Shown here: piece after piece, positions 1-12,705 of the stretch | Numbering within the stretch: the first letter of the stretch is position 1 | How the letters are laid out: every line of letters begins with the position of its first letter | Origin: Phyllobates terribilis | Taxonomy: Eukaryota | Reading direction: 5' to 3' | Assembly (NCBI RefSeq): GCF_046119375.1 | Contig: NW_027368008.1 | Coordinates: 1-52,993, forward strand | DNA length: 52,993 nucleotides | The notes under the pieces: model-generated | What the model was told of the DNA's origin: nothing | Database searches by the model: none | The model's input: the letters and a program-made list of their open reading frames with translations, nothing else | Made by a program: the position numbers and the translations under genes

Positions 1-420
1 TTAAATCTGTTTCTAATTTCGACACAACAGAAAGTAAAAAGCTTATAAGTTCACTAAACCCTCTAAATTAATGAAGCTCTATACTTTTTACTAAATAGGA
101 GGAACTATAATGATATCCAATGATAAGGTAGTTATATATGCAACACAAATCTAATTAGTTGTCACACGATAAAAGTACGGTTAAATCTATTTTTAATTTT
201 GATAAAACAGAAAGTTGAAAACTTATAAATTTACTAACCCCTCTAAAGAAGCTCTATATTACAATTACGTGGAACTACTATAATTAATGCATCACAAACT
301 TAGTAAGTTTCGACAATTATATATATATTACAAGCTTAGTTAGTTACGACAGGACAAAAATACATCTAAATCTGTATACTAAACTCTCTCAACAAGCTCT
401 AGTTTTGACAAATTTAGGAG
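1..420. repeat. Degenerate ~180-bp direct repeat (two clear copies, a partial third)
   Basis: ttaaatctgtttctaatttcgacacaacagaaagt...ctctaaa at 1-67 recurs as ttaaatctatttttaattttgataaaacagaaagt...ctctaaa at 181-247. The gaagctcta/ggaacta motifs recur near 390-430. Confidence 0.5.
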
Positions 421-1194
421 GGACTATTATATACATGTTCTTAACCAAATGTAACACCTTTCCCTCATATTCTCAAATCACGTTTATGTACAATTCATTA
501 TCACTTTCTTGAAGTTATTCCTCATGAGGAATAACGTGGATGGCTTTGTTTTTTAAACGAATCCAACCCGGGTCACAAAAAAAACCCTTGCAACGAAATT
601 TCCTCGTTTTCCAAAGCTTAATGCAAAAAAAAACCAACGCTCCAACACACTCATTTGACCGCTTCCTCCCAACTCCCGCTGGATCAGAACTCTCGCTTGA
701 ACCCGCCCTTCTTCACGCTCCAAATCCTCTTCTCTTTCTGCGGGCGTATGGGTTTTTAAATCAGAAGGGTACAAAGCAGTAGCCATTGATGCTCTCTGAA
801 CTCCTTTATTCGCTACTTTACGCTGCTCATCCGTCAGAAAGGTGGTTTCTTCATCTGGGTTTTCCCTCAAACCTAGTGAAAAGGTCAGTGCTGTTCTGGG
901 TCCGTGACGATTTCGGTTGATTCTCATCTTCACCGCCTGAATTTTGTTGATTCACCAACTTGTATACCATCTGATTAAATTTGGGGTTTTTTTGAGCTGT
1001 TGATATGGGTAGTATATTTAGGGTATTTTTGAGGGTTGCTATTGGTATTTGGTAGCCTGTTTTAGTTTTCCCCAATTCAATTTTTCCTTTTCAGTAGTGT
1101 TAAGATGCAAACTCTTAAACAGAAATTATTAGCTTCACAAGCAGGAATTGTTGATTCTGAATTCTGAAAGTTGTTCTTTAAGTTTTGGGTAGGA

Positions 1195-3942
1195 ATGGAA
1201 TCACATGAAAATGGAGAGAGGAACTCAAAGGGGGCAACTAGATCATGGGGTACCACCATTTCCGGTCAATCGGTTTCGACAAGTGGCAGTGTGGGGTCCC
1301 CATCAAGCCGGAGTGAAGCCGGAGCGATGACAGCTGGCGATAATACAGTCAATAGGTTAAGTCATCTTGAGATTCATGGTGAAGATAGTGCTTCTCAAGG
1401 ACCTGTTGTGTGAGTCTTCCTTACACTATATAACCACTCTCAAGGACCTTGTGAGTCCTTAGTAGACTTCTGAATATTAATCCATCACTTATTTTGGATT
1501 AGTGGCACGAAGAAGAAAAGAGTTCAGCGTGCAACTGGAGGTGATAAAAGTGGCAGAGGGCTACGCCAGTTTAGTATGAAAGGTAACTAATCACTTGATC
1601 TTAACTTTTCTGATTCTTAATCATTTGATCCTTGTTTTTCATGTACATGGCTTATGGCTACTTATCTAGTATTACATTCTTTTTCCTTTTTTTTTTCGTC
1701 CATTTGTCTAGTGTGTGAGAAAGTGGAAAGCAAAGGAACAACCACATACAATGAGGTCAGTTAGCTTTGTGTGACAAACATTTCATTTGGTTAATGTATT
1801 TTTTTGCTTTCTTGAGGACTGATCTTGAAAGAATATAGCTCATTTTCAACTTATACTGCAGTTCATTTTCAAATAGTATAGTTCGTTATAATTGCGTGGG
1901 AAAAGCTTCTTTTCTTACTAACTTATACTGCAGTATACGATATGATGCTTAATGGATTCATGGTTGGATGGAGAAGCTCTTAGCATGCTATATTATGTGT
2001 TATATTTTTAAGTGTATTCAAAGTTCAAACGTTTGAGTTGATGCATGGTATAAAGTTTTGATCTTTTTACATTCTGATTTACAGTATTCAGTTTCTTGCA
2101 TTTTGTGGTTTCACGGGAGTCTTACTATTTCCTTCTCGTTATAAACTTCATTCAGGGAAATTAATGGTGATAGTATTTTTTTTTTCAGGTTGCAGATGAA
2201 CTAGTGGCTGAATTTGCAGATCCTAGCAATAGTCCTACATCACCAGATCAAGTAATACATCCTTAACATGACCAAGTGGAGATGTATCTTTTATAAAAAA
2301 TTGAAGTAAATTCTCATCTGTACTTGATTTCTTGTTATAGCTACAATATGAGGAGAAGAATATAAGACGTAGGGTTTATGATGCATTAAACGTTCTGATG
2401 GCAATGGACATTATATCTAAAGACAAAAAGGAGATTCACTGGAAGGGTCTGCCTCGTACTAGTATCAGTGATATTGAAGAGTTGAAGGTACTTATTCTTA
2501 CACCATCATAGTTTTCTTCTACTACCTCCGTTCATCAAAGATTGTCATTTTAAACATTTGCACAAGAACCGAGGAATCCAATAATTACCCTATATTATTA
2601 TTACTTTTTTCTAGAATTTATAGCTCACCTCATTTTTAACCAATCAACAATCATAATTTGCATAGAAAGAGTGAAAAATTTTCAGTTTTCAATAACAAAT
2701 TTCGTAACTCACTGCCTAGTGCCTAATTCTTTAGTAAACGGAGAGAGTATCACCTTAGTATCTGCGATTACTCACTATTGAAAGAATGATATTTTCAGGC
2801 AGAGCGTCTTAGATTAAGGAGTAGAATAGAGAAAAGAGCTACATACCTACAAGAGTTGGAGGAACAGGTAATTTTTTCCTAACTTTTATTTGTTTATTTA
2901 TATTTGTTGTTATGAACGACACTTATTAATATAATCTCGTGTTGTGGTTGAAGCTTGTTGGATATCAACAACTTGTTCAGCGAAATCAACAATTATGTTC
3001 CTCTGGAAATGCTCCAACTGGTGGCGTGGCCTTGCCTTTTATTCTAGTTCAGGTAATGCTAAATTCACATAAATTGGCTTAAAAATACTAAAAAATATTA
3101 AAAGTTCAGTGAAGTTTAATCTTTATGTTGTCGGGGCATGTTACGCACAGCCCACTAAAAATACTAAGAAAACACATAATTTTGTATATTTTATTAGTTA
3201 GTCCTTATTTTAGGCAAATACAGTATTATCTCACTGCATTTCCTGTTTAGTGAGGTTTTAGAATCAACTCATTGTGTAATTTGATGAAGTTTTCGTATTA
3301 ACTCATTGTATTTTGATCAATTTTTATATTAACTCAGTGAATTTTGATGCGGTTTTCTGTGCTCTAAATTGTTCCACTCAACTATTTATATTAGGCATGT
3401 TCCATATTTCGAATAAAACACTTAAACTGTAAATAAATTATCTTTTTAGAGTTTATTAGTATTTTGATTGTGTTGTGGATAGTAGTTATGTTATCTTATG
3501 GTAGCCTCTAAAAAATTGGCGACACTCTAATTTTGTTCTGAAATTTAATGACAGACGAGGCCAAATGCTACGGTTGAGGTGGAGATTTCAGAAGATATGC
3601 AGCTTGTGCATTTTGATTTCAACAGGTGACTGAAAAATCTCATTCTTCTCTACTTACAACTTCAATAATACTGAAAAATCTTAACAAAAACTTAATTTTA
3701 ACATCATTGCTCGCTATTGCAGCACTCCATTTGAGTTGCACGATGACAACTATGTTCTGAAGCAGCTATGGTCCAAGGAAGGACAGCATGGTGCTGACGT
3801 GGCACAAAACGGCCACCCATCTGGTACAGGTGGCGCTGATCAATCTAGACCTTTAGTACCTCATCAATGGCAGTCAAAGCCAATGATCAGGCCAACCACA
3901 TCTTCTCCTCCCGGAATCCTTAAAACTCGACCAAAAGCATGA
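1195..3942 (+). CDS. DPB: E2F dimerisation partner (DP) transcription factor, DPB-like, 335 aa
   Basis: Nine exons with GT-AG borders join in frame: 1195-1409, 1503-1582, 1712-1755, 2189-2251, 2341-2487, 2799-2867, 2954-3052, 3555-3625, 3723-3942 (1008 nt). Translation has [73 protein letters not shown] and STPFELHDD, all DP-family motifs. The N-terminus resembles Arabidopsis DPB more than DPA. Confidence 0.93.
2522..2747. mobile_element. Stowaway (Tc1/mariner) MITE in DP intron 5
   Basis: Imperfect TIRs ctacctccgttcatcaaag / ctttagtaaacggagagag, flanked by TA on both sides. Confidence 0.75.
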
Positions 3943-4561
3943 ATTTTGTCTATGGGTTTATGTTGGGTGTACATTATGTGAAGTATCTCTGAGAGAGCAC
4001 CATTGTTGCTCTGAGATACCTTAGTCTTGTGCAAGAAATAGTCATCTGAGAGACCACATTTAGTTTGTCATAGATTTATTAACTCTGTCTTAGTTATCTG
4101 TAGTTTATGAGGATACCTTACTGACAAGGAAGTCCTCTATGCAAATATTCCTACCGAATTTATTTGGTTTGGGGTGGTACATAATTTATCTATCAACCCA
4201 TTGAACTACAGTTTAAGACCTAATTGTAGATTTTCTTATGTCAATTCATTTGAGAAGCCTTTTTGCTTGTTGATACCTGCCACAAATCCAACCTCATAGA
4301 AGTGTTTTAGATTTATTTAAATAACAAGATCCTCCCAAATACATCGGAATTTTGCTCATGGCGACTTTACAACCCGGTTGTGTAATTTCGTTTGTGGGAT
4401 TTTAGTTTGTTGACTCAAAACTTTCAGTATTATGGTAGTATAAGATGGGTCCGATTCTTATGGAAATTGACCTTTAAAAGAGAAATTAGAATGGTTGAAA
4501 ACTATTTATTACTCCTCAAGTCAACGTTTCAGGTTATATCTTATTTCGTCTTCCACCCTAT

Positions 4562-5155
4562 TGTTGGGGCGGAATCATTGGGCCTAGTTGTGATACTCAT
4601 GGTTAGGGTTAAGGAAAAGCCCATGAGCCGAAAGCCCGTAGAAAAGGGAAGGAAAATGGTAAATTAAAAGGGATAGAGTGACGTGATTGACTTAAAATGG
4701 AAAGGTAGGGGACCATTTATTTCCCTATAAATAGTGGTTGGTAAGAAAATACATTGTTCACATTCTTTTTGCAGTACTGAAACTCTGCCAAAATATACAG
4801 AGAAGTGTCAGTCGAATTATTCCTCTTTGGAAATAATTTAAAAGGTTCGCGAGACGTTTCTCCTCATGAGGACTCGAGCTTTTTATTACCCTATTTACTC
4901 TCACTTAAACACTACATTACCCTCATTTGAGCCTCGACTGACTTGAGCATCGGAAAGCCAAATCCAGGGAGATCCCATCTGGGCTTGGTTGTGTAGGTAT
5001 ATCGAGTGAGGTGGTGTGACAAGCAATCGACCGAACCATCCTCAACTCTTGGAGCCCTTAACTCGACAACTTCCTACCCGAGCCAAGAAGAGAAGAAGCT
5101 TGGTTTCCAACCTCTCGCGAGACGTGTTGTATCGCGAAGAATCTGGGCATCAACA
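4562..5155 (+). repeat. 5' LTR of the Tat/Retand-like element (~594 bp)
   Basis: Begins TGTTGGGGC and ends GGCATCAACA. TATA box ctataaata at 4725-4733. Followed by a degenerate PBS-like ctagcgtcgaccgtcg. No second copy is available to confirm the borders. Confidence 0.7.
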
Positions 5156-5227
5156 CTAGCGTCGACCGTCGTTTCTTTTTCACACAGTTAGGCCACCCAA
5201 GAGTTTGAACGATGGAAAGTATAAAAA

Positions 5228-6720
5228 ATGCATCAAACTCGGGCAACTGCCGAGTCCAAGAATGACACCGCCAAGAGTCGAGCCTCCATGACTAGCATCG
5301 AAATCGCCGAGTACAATGAGTTCCTTGTTTGAAGGGAGAGGAAAGAACAACAAGACAAAGACAAAAACGAAAAGCTTCGTCGAGCAAAAGAAGAGAGGCA
5401 ATGCCAGGAAGATGAAGAGAGGAGGTGCTTGTTGGAGGATGAGGTGAGAATCCTACATCAAAGGGAGCTCGAGCACGCCAGGAACCAGCCTCGTCCATCC
5501 TCTCGGCTCCATGGTCGCGATCATGGCGCAAGACAATTGCGCTACTCCGAGCCACCTCGGCTGCAGTACGGACAATACGAGCGCATCTACGAACTCCAAC
5601 AACCTCCTCTAAAGCTGCACGAGCCTGCTTATGAGCCGCAACTCCTACTCTCGAGGTTCTACGAGCCAATCTATGAGCCACAACTCCCTTCACCAAAATT
5701 CCATGAGCCTTCCTACAATCCCTTTTACAATCAGATCCCCGAGTACCCCACTCACGATCAGTTCATTGGACCCCGTCCGAACGGTCAATTCTCTGCCCAA
5801 TTCGGTCATTCCCAGGGCACCAAGTTAGTGCAGGGTCGAACCCACAAGGAGGAACCTTTTTCGCCGATCATATCATCAATACACCCGCACGCGAGGATTT
5901 CAAATATCCAACGTCAAAGGACTATACAAGCGTCGAGGACTCTCGAGACCACATCAACCGGTACCGTTATACAATGTTGGCTTGCAACGCGGACGATGCA
6001 ACTATGTGTAAAGGTTTCCCGAACACGTTGTCAGGAATCTCCCTGTCATGGATGCTCTAGCTGCCCAAGCGAACAATCCAGAGCTTCGACGACCTCGAGG
6101 AGCGTTTCGTAACCCACTTCAGTGCCTCTAAAAAGCGAAAGGTGACGATGTTGCAAACCCAGGGGCTGAAGCAAAGAGTAGACAAATCCCTCGAGTCGTA
6201 TGTCAAGAGATTCGCAACAATAGCAATTGAGGCACACGACTTCACTGAGCAAGGGGCTAGGAAAGCATTTTTCGGGGGATTGTGGGACGACTCAGAGTTC
6301 AAGGATAGATTGGGACGAAACCAGGTGTATCTCGACTATGAGAAGATGATGTAGAAGGCGTACGACCAGATCGAGTCTGACAAGATCACAAGAAAAAACC
6401 AAGGCCAGGAAGGCTCGCGAAAACAGAGCCAAGCATCGGGTGTTAATCACAAGGGGAACCAGTCATGGGGACCCAAGAAGCAACCCGAGCAAACATCGCA
6501 AGACCCAGCCCTTCAGTTACAAGGAGGCCTAGGTCAGATGCAATTTCAGGCGCAGAACATGATGGGAACCGTGCAGGGAAACAGAAGGCGAGGTAGACCA
6601 CCCGCGACCCCAGCTCGAGGAATGTGGTGCACGAAACGTTGTAAAAACACCCATAATATCGCCAAGTGTCAAAGCATACATCGCGAGGCTGAATGAGAAG
6701 ATCGGAGGTTTATGGAAGCT
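5228..6720 (+). pseudogene. gag of the Tat element (stops and frameshifts)
   Basis: ATG 5228 (MHQTRA...) is in frame with ORF 5429-6112 across one stop. An adjacent frame gives the retrotransposon-gag-type LCKGFPNTLSGISLSW...FDDLEERFVTHF, continuing into ORF 6142-6354. Confidence 0.8.
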
Positions 6721-9700
6721 AGGCGAGCACAAGGCCAAATTGCCAACGATCCGGTTGCACCGTCCCCACAACCTCCTGTTTTCCCTCGAGTTGACGGTTT
6801 TGTTGGGACGATCACTGGGCGTCACCAGCCGAGAATGCCCAGTAGGCGGGAGCAGAGAAGGGCCTCCAATGCCCCATTGCCTCCCGGGAGGCCAATGATG
6901 TTGATAGCCGAGGTTGCTCGCAAGCCATACCAGCTACAATTCGATGACAACGATGTGGTCGAGTGGGAAAACAAGCAAGCCGACCTACTCGTCATCCATA
7001 TCCATATGGGAACGAAGATTGTCAAAAGAGTAATGATACATACTGGTAGTGCGGGGGACATAATCTATTTGGAATCCTATCAAAATCTCGGCCTCGAAGG
7101 CCAACAAAGTTCAATCTCATAGACTTTACGGGGGATTCTTTGAAGGAAAACTCGGGGTCGTCACAATTGACATGATCCTGGGTCATGAAGGTGGCCTGCG
7201 AAGGAGTTGCGCGATCGACTTTTCAGTCACCCCCCTCGCATCGTCTTACAACGTAATCCTAGGAAGATACTCATTAATGCGATCCGAAGCACTGGTGTCA
7301 ATCAACAATTTGTGCCCCAAGTTCCCAACCCAGAATGGAACAGGCACAGCTCGAGGCAATCAGGAATAGTGTGAAACATGCTACATTCAAGTTGAGCGTA
7401 ATGATAAGAAGGCGGTGCACGCAAACCAACTCTAGTTATCATGTTCACTCCGCACTGAAGGCGAGGCAGATCTGGACCCTCGAGAAGCTTCGCGATCATC
7501 TTCGGGGGAAGACACTCCTCCTACCTTCGTGGATGTCATGAAGCATGCTATCTCACCATTTGGCGAGGAAGAAAAGAGGTTGTACATCGACCAAGGGCTA
7601 CTTACAAAAGTCACCAAAGAAGTCAAGGCCTTGTTGGGGACCTCAAAGACGTCTTCTCTTAGACACTAAAAGATCTCAAGGGTATTCCCCCCGAGGTAAT
7701 GACTCACTCTCTTGATATTGATCCGCATGTAAAGCCTCGACGATAAAAGAAGAGAAAGCAAGCAGGCCCTAAAAATGAACGCTGCAACGGTAGAGCTCGC
7801 GAAGCTACTCAAAGCAGGATTTGTAGGACCAGTACAATACCCTACCCGGATCGTGAATGTTGTTATGGTGCCAAAGAAAGATACAGGCAAGTGGCACATG
7901 TGCGTCGATTTCACCGATCTAAACAAGGTGTGCCCCAAAGACAGTTATATGCTCCCAATCATAGATCAACTCGTCGACTCCAAAGCAGGTCACGAGGCCT
8001 TGAGATTTCTCGATGCATATTTGAGGTACAATCAGGTCGCGATGAACCCGGTAGACGCAGACCACGCGACTTTTATAACAGACAAAGGCACTTTCTGCTA
8101 CAGGGTCATGTCGTTCGGTCTTAAAAATGCAGGGGCCACCTTTCAGAGGCTTGCGGACATGGTCTTTCAAGGAAAGATTGTCAAGACAGTTAAGGCCTAT
8201 GTAGATGACATTGTGGTGAAGAGTAGAAGCCAGAAAGATCATCCGAGAGACCTGCACGAGGTGTTCGACACTTTACAAAAAATACGGCATGAGCTTGAAC
8301 CCCAAAAAATGTGTATTCAGGGTCATAGAAGGCAAGTTCCTAGGCTTCCAAATCAGTTTGCAAGGTATACAGGTAAACCCATCCAAAGTCTAGGCCGTCC
8401 TAGACATGAAGGCTCCTCGGACAACAAACAAAGTACAAAGGTTCATGGGGTCAGTAAACTACTTGGGAAGGTTATGTGCCAAGCTTGTCGAGAGGAACTT
8501 ACCATTCTTTGAGATCCTCAAAAAGCCAAAGCAATTTCAATGGACTCCAGAATGTGAAACGGCCTTCGCCAGCCTAAAAGAGCATTTGGAAAATTTGTTG
8601 ACCTTATCGTCACGTGTTCCAGGCAAAGCATTACAGTTATACCTTGCATCTAACTCGCGAACTGTAAGTGTTGTGCTTACTCGCGAGCAACAGAAACCCA
8701 TATACTTTGTCAGTAAGGCACTATTGCCGACCGAAGCCAATATTCATCGGTCTAGAAGACCATATTCACTTTAGTCATGGCAGCACGAAGACTAATGTTG
8801 CACTTTCATGCGCATACTATTCAGGTGTTGACCAAACTACCTCTGCGCGGGATTCTACACTGACCTACTTTATCCGGAAGAATGACTAAGTGGGCTGTTG
8901 AGCTTTCAGAAATTGATACTGAGTATCGCCCTCCGACCATTAAAGCTCAGGCGATGGCTGACTTCATTGTTGAAACAAGTTTTCGCGAGCTCGACAACTC
9001 ACCGTTCTATGCAAACCAACCGTGGAAGTTATACATGGAAAACGCAGTGAATGCTGAGGGTTGTGGCTCGGGAGTCGCGTTGTTCTCACCAGAAGAATAT
9101 ATATGTATGAACACGTGATAACTCTCGACTTCAACGCCACCAACAATGAAGTTGACTACGAGGCTCTGATCATTGGGCTCGAGTTTGCCCTCAAGGAGCA
9201 GGTAGAAGAAATCGAGTGCATTTGTGACTCAGAAGTGGTAGTCCAGCAGGTGCAAGGCATATATGAGACTCTAATAGGAAATCAACCAAAGTATCAAGCT
9301 TGGGTGGCAAGATTGAAAAATACGTTCAAGCATTTCCTCATAACTGCTATTCCCAGAAGTGAAAACGAGCAAGCAGATGGGCTCGCAAGACTAGCTTCGC
9401 AAGCTCAGTTGATCGATGTAAAGTCAGAAAGGAAATCTATGCTGATTTGGTATTGTTCTACTAGCATGAAGGCCATATCGAGCAGTTCGAGATGATGTCA
9501 ATCGACACTCCCGCAGACGACTGGCGAACCCACATCCTAAAGTATTTGTCACAGGAAAACCTACCAGAGGATACTCGTGAGCGAAAGAAGCTACAGGTGT
9601 AGGCAGCACGATTCTTCACATGCCAAGGAGAACTATACAAAAAAGGCATCATGACTCGCGAGCTGCGTTGCTTGTCTCAAGAAAAAGGACAAAGAATGCT

Positions 9701-10664
9701 CGTTGAGTTTCATGCTGGGTTGTGTGGCACGCATGTGGGATGGAGGTCGTTAGTATTTAAGGCCCTCAGACATGGCCATTTCTGGCTCTCGATGCGCGAA
9801 GATGTTGTGAACATCGCGAAGTCTTGTAAAGCATGCCAACCACATGCGCCAGCTTGCCATCAACCGGGGGTAGAGATGCAAATTATGGCAGGTCCGTGCC
9901 CATTCGCAATGTGGGGCCTAGATCTATTGGGGCCTTTCTCGTCAAAGGCGCCCGACCAATTAGAGTTCATCATCGTCGTAATTGACTATTTAACTAAGTG
10001 GATCGAGGCAGTTCCCCTGGCTAGAACAAATGTCCAAGCATTACAGAAGTTCCTTTGGCAGAATATAATTTGCAGATTTAGCCTCCCACAAGACATCGTC
10101 ACTGATAGAGGTCCCCAGTTTAATAAACCAAAGCTCGTCGACTAGTGTAGTGACTTGTGCATCAGACTGAAATTTGCATAAGTGGCGCATCCACATTGCA
10201 ATGGCCAAGTGGAAGCTGCTAATAAGAGTATTGTAACAGACCTCAAGAAGATACTAGACGGGGCGCGAGGTCGGTGGGATGAACAATTACCCCTCGTGCT
10301 TTGGGAAAATCGCACAACCGTTAAGAGAGCAACTGTGGAAACACTGTTTTCCTTAGCATATGGCGTCGAATCAGTCGTACTTGTAGAGCATATATTCCCA
10401 ACTGATAGAATCATACAATACAACGAAGAAGAAATTAGAGAAAAGATAGCTCAAGAGTTACAACTCAGAGAAGAGGCATGCGAGATGGTAGCTATCCGAG
10501 CAGCAAATCACAAGGTAGAAGGAGGAAAACTGGACCCAAACTGGGAAGTTCCCTATATCATTGAAGCCGAGGTAGCCCCATGAGCATACAAGCTAAAGGA
10601 CTGTGCTAGGAATCGCATCGCGAACTCTTGGAACGTGACACGGCTCCACAAGTACTATTCATAG
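6712..10664 (+). pseudogene. pol of the Tat element: protease, RT, RNase H, archaeal-type RNase H, integrase (fragmented)
   Basis: Protease RVMIHTGSAGDI (catalytic D replaced by H). RT WHMCVDFTDLNKVCPKD and AYVDDIVVKS. RNase H QKPIYFVSKAL. aRH ATNNEVDYEALIIGL. Integrase H-H-C-C zinc finger, PFAMWGLDLLGP, IVTDRGPQF, HPHCNGQVEAANK and GKLDPNWEVPY. Multiple stops and frameshifts. Confidence 0.92.
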
Positions 10665-10825
10665 TAGGAAAAGCCTCACCCCAGGTACATATTCCAAATC
10701 ATCCTTATCATTATCAATTCATGCATAGTGTACAAAACAAATAACCTTTCACTAACAAAATTCATAACAAACCACTCGTAACTTATAGGCGAGGCAGCAC
10801 GCAAGGGTTATCTGATCCTGATGCG

Positions 10826-12025
10826 TGACGAGCGTCGTTTAGCCGCGTCAAAATATTTATAAACCTCACTAACACCTCTACAAGTAGAGTGGCAAGCAAG
10901 GATCGATCCCACAGGGAGTCAGGTATTCAATTTTTGTATAATTAATAAGATCAACTTAATAATGATAGAAAAGGGGAAAAGTGGATTGAAGCTAAACCAC
11001 TAATCTAATCTAGGAAAGCAATAGAGAAAATACCGTATTCAGCGGGAATCCACACAACGGAATGGTTGGTTTGATCATTGACTTCTTAATTGTTATTCGG
11101 GTTCAATCTACTAATTTATATATTATGATTGTCCTAATCTTTGGTCCTAATTAGTTAATAATCCAACTCGGCATATTAACCCTCTCTAGATATAACTCTG
11201 AAACTATCAAAAGCTAATCCCTAGGCAGCATGAAGTTCAAGAATAAATAGGAACATGCAACGCCACTTGGCTACTAACACATCATCATTCTCCACACAAT
11301 AACAAGTCCAACTAGTCTAGGTAATTGATTTGCTACCCTATGGAAAGACTCTCCAACTCATACAGGTCAGACTTAGCAGTATGAATTAGATCTAAATAAC
11401 CTAGGTGATCAATATAAAGAGATAAATCATAGTCAATATCAATATGCACAAGATAATGAAACAAATCAAACAATATATATTTATTAGAACGAAGGAAGAA
11501 GTCTACAAACCAACCATTCGCAGGCTTCAACCTGGAGAACAACGCAAATTCTCTCTGAACTCTCTAAATTAAACTAGAACTAAGCATGGGAAGGAGACAA
11601 AGCTCTCATCCCTATTTATAAAATATAGAAACCTTAGAAACAATCACTAAAAGTCCCAGCCCGAAACTCCATCAGAAAATAGGTAAAAGGCCCAAACAAA
11701 GCCCGCATCAGATCTGAACTCGCGGCAAAAACCCTATGCAGGCACGGTCGCGTCAATGTGGGCGCGGTCGCGCCCACCTCCTTACAACATGGCGTGGTCG
11801 CGCCCTAGCCCAAGTGCTCCACCGCGGTTGCGTCTCCTTGTGCGTGTGAACTTTCTTTGTCCTTTGGCCATCTTCTCTTCAGTCTTCTCCCGAATGCTCG
11901 TAATCCTCGTGTTTAACCACTTTGCTTTGTGAGGTCCGGTCTACGGTAATATGCTCCAAATCATGGTCCATTCCATAAACGATGCTAACAACCACTTATT
12001 ACGCCATGCTAGACGCCACTCATCA
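10826..12025 (-). mobile_element. Athila-like solo LTR 1 (1200 bp)
   Basis: TG...CA ends with short TIR (tgacgagcgtcg / gacgccactcatca). 5-bp TSD atgcg/acgcg with one C>T difference. Contains gatcgatcccacagggag, typical near Athila LTR 3' ends, and GCGCGGTCGCGC-type repeats at about 11740-11835. Confidence 0.8.
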
Positions 12026-12189
12026 ACGCGCGAAGAAAGCAGTCAAAGTGAGAGATTTATCCTCACTCGACCGAATGAGATACGACTATCATACTTACAT
12101 AAGTGTATAGACCCCTCAAAATGAACAAAAAACTAACCTATAGCTATGTATTTCGCAGTACAAGCTAAAGCTTGAAGTGAAAAAGGGAC

Positions 12190-12705
12190 CAAAGACATCA
12201 GACTGAATCATCGAGAGTCATGTGCCTCGAGCCAGTCGTGAGTAGAGAACAAAGACATCGGACTGAACCATCGAGAGCCATGTGCCTCGAGCCAGTCGCG
12301 AATAGAGAACAAAGACATCGGACTGAACCATTGAGAGCCATGTGCCTCGAGCCAGTCGCGAGTAGAAAATAAAGCATCGGGCTGAATCATCGGGTGCCAT
12401 ACGCCTCGAGCCAGCCGCGATCAGATAAAGCACCGGGCTAAATCATTGAGTGCCACGTGCCTCAAGCCATCCACGAGCAAATGAAGCATCGGGCTAAATC
12501 ATTGAGTGCCACACGCCTCGAGCCAGTCAAGAGCAAATGTATCACGAGCTGAATCATCTAGTGTTGTACACCTTGAGCAAGCCACGAAAATATGAAACGC
12601 AATAGACTGAATCATCGAGGGCTATTCGCCTCGAGCAAGTCACGAACTAGTAGAGACATCGGACTAAACCATCGAGAGATACATGCCACGAGTTAGTCAC
12701 GAGTA
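12190..12705 (+). repeat. Tandem array of ~9 monomers of 55-60 bp in the Tat 3' region
   Basis: Three near-identical 60-mers (aaagacatcggactgaaccatcgagagccatgtgcctcgagccagtcgcgagtagagaac) at 12190-12369, followed by about six more diverged monomers. Confidence 0.92.

Noticed and set aside
540-1190. E2F sites in the DP promoter (autoregulation) and ORFs 540-782, 553-933, 851-1075
   Set aside because: No exact TTTSSCGC match was found. The ORFs have no recognisable motifs and overlap promoter or UTR sequence.
12190-12705. Regular 60-bp array as a CRISPR-like locus
   Set aside because: The monomers are similar along their whole length with no unique spacers, no cas genes are present, and the context is a plant retrotransposon.
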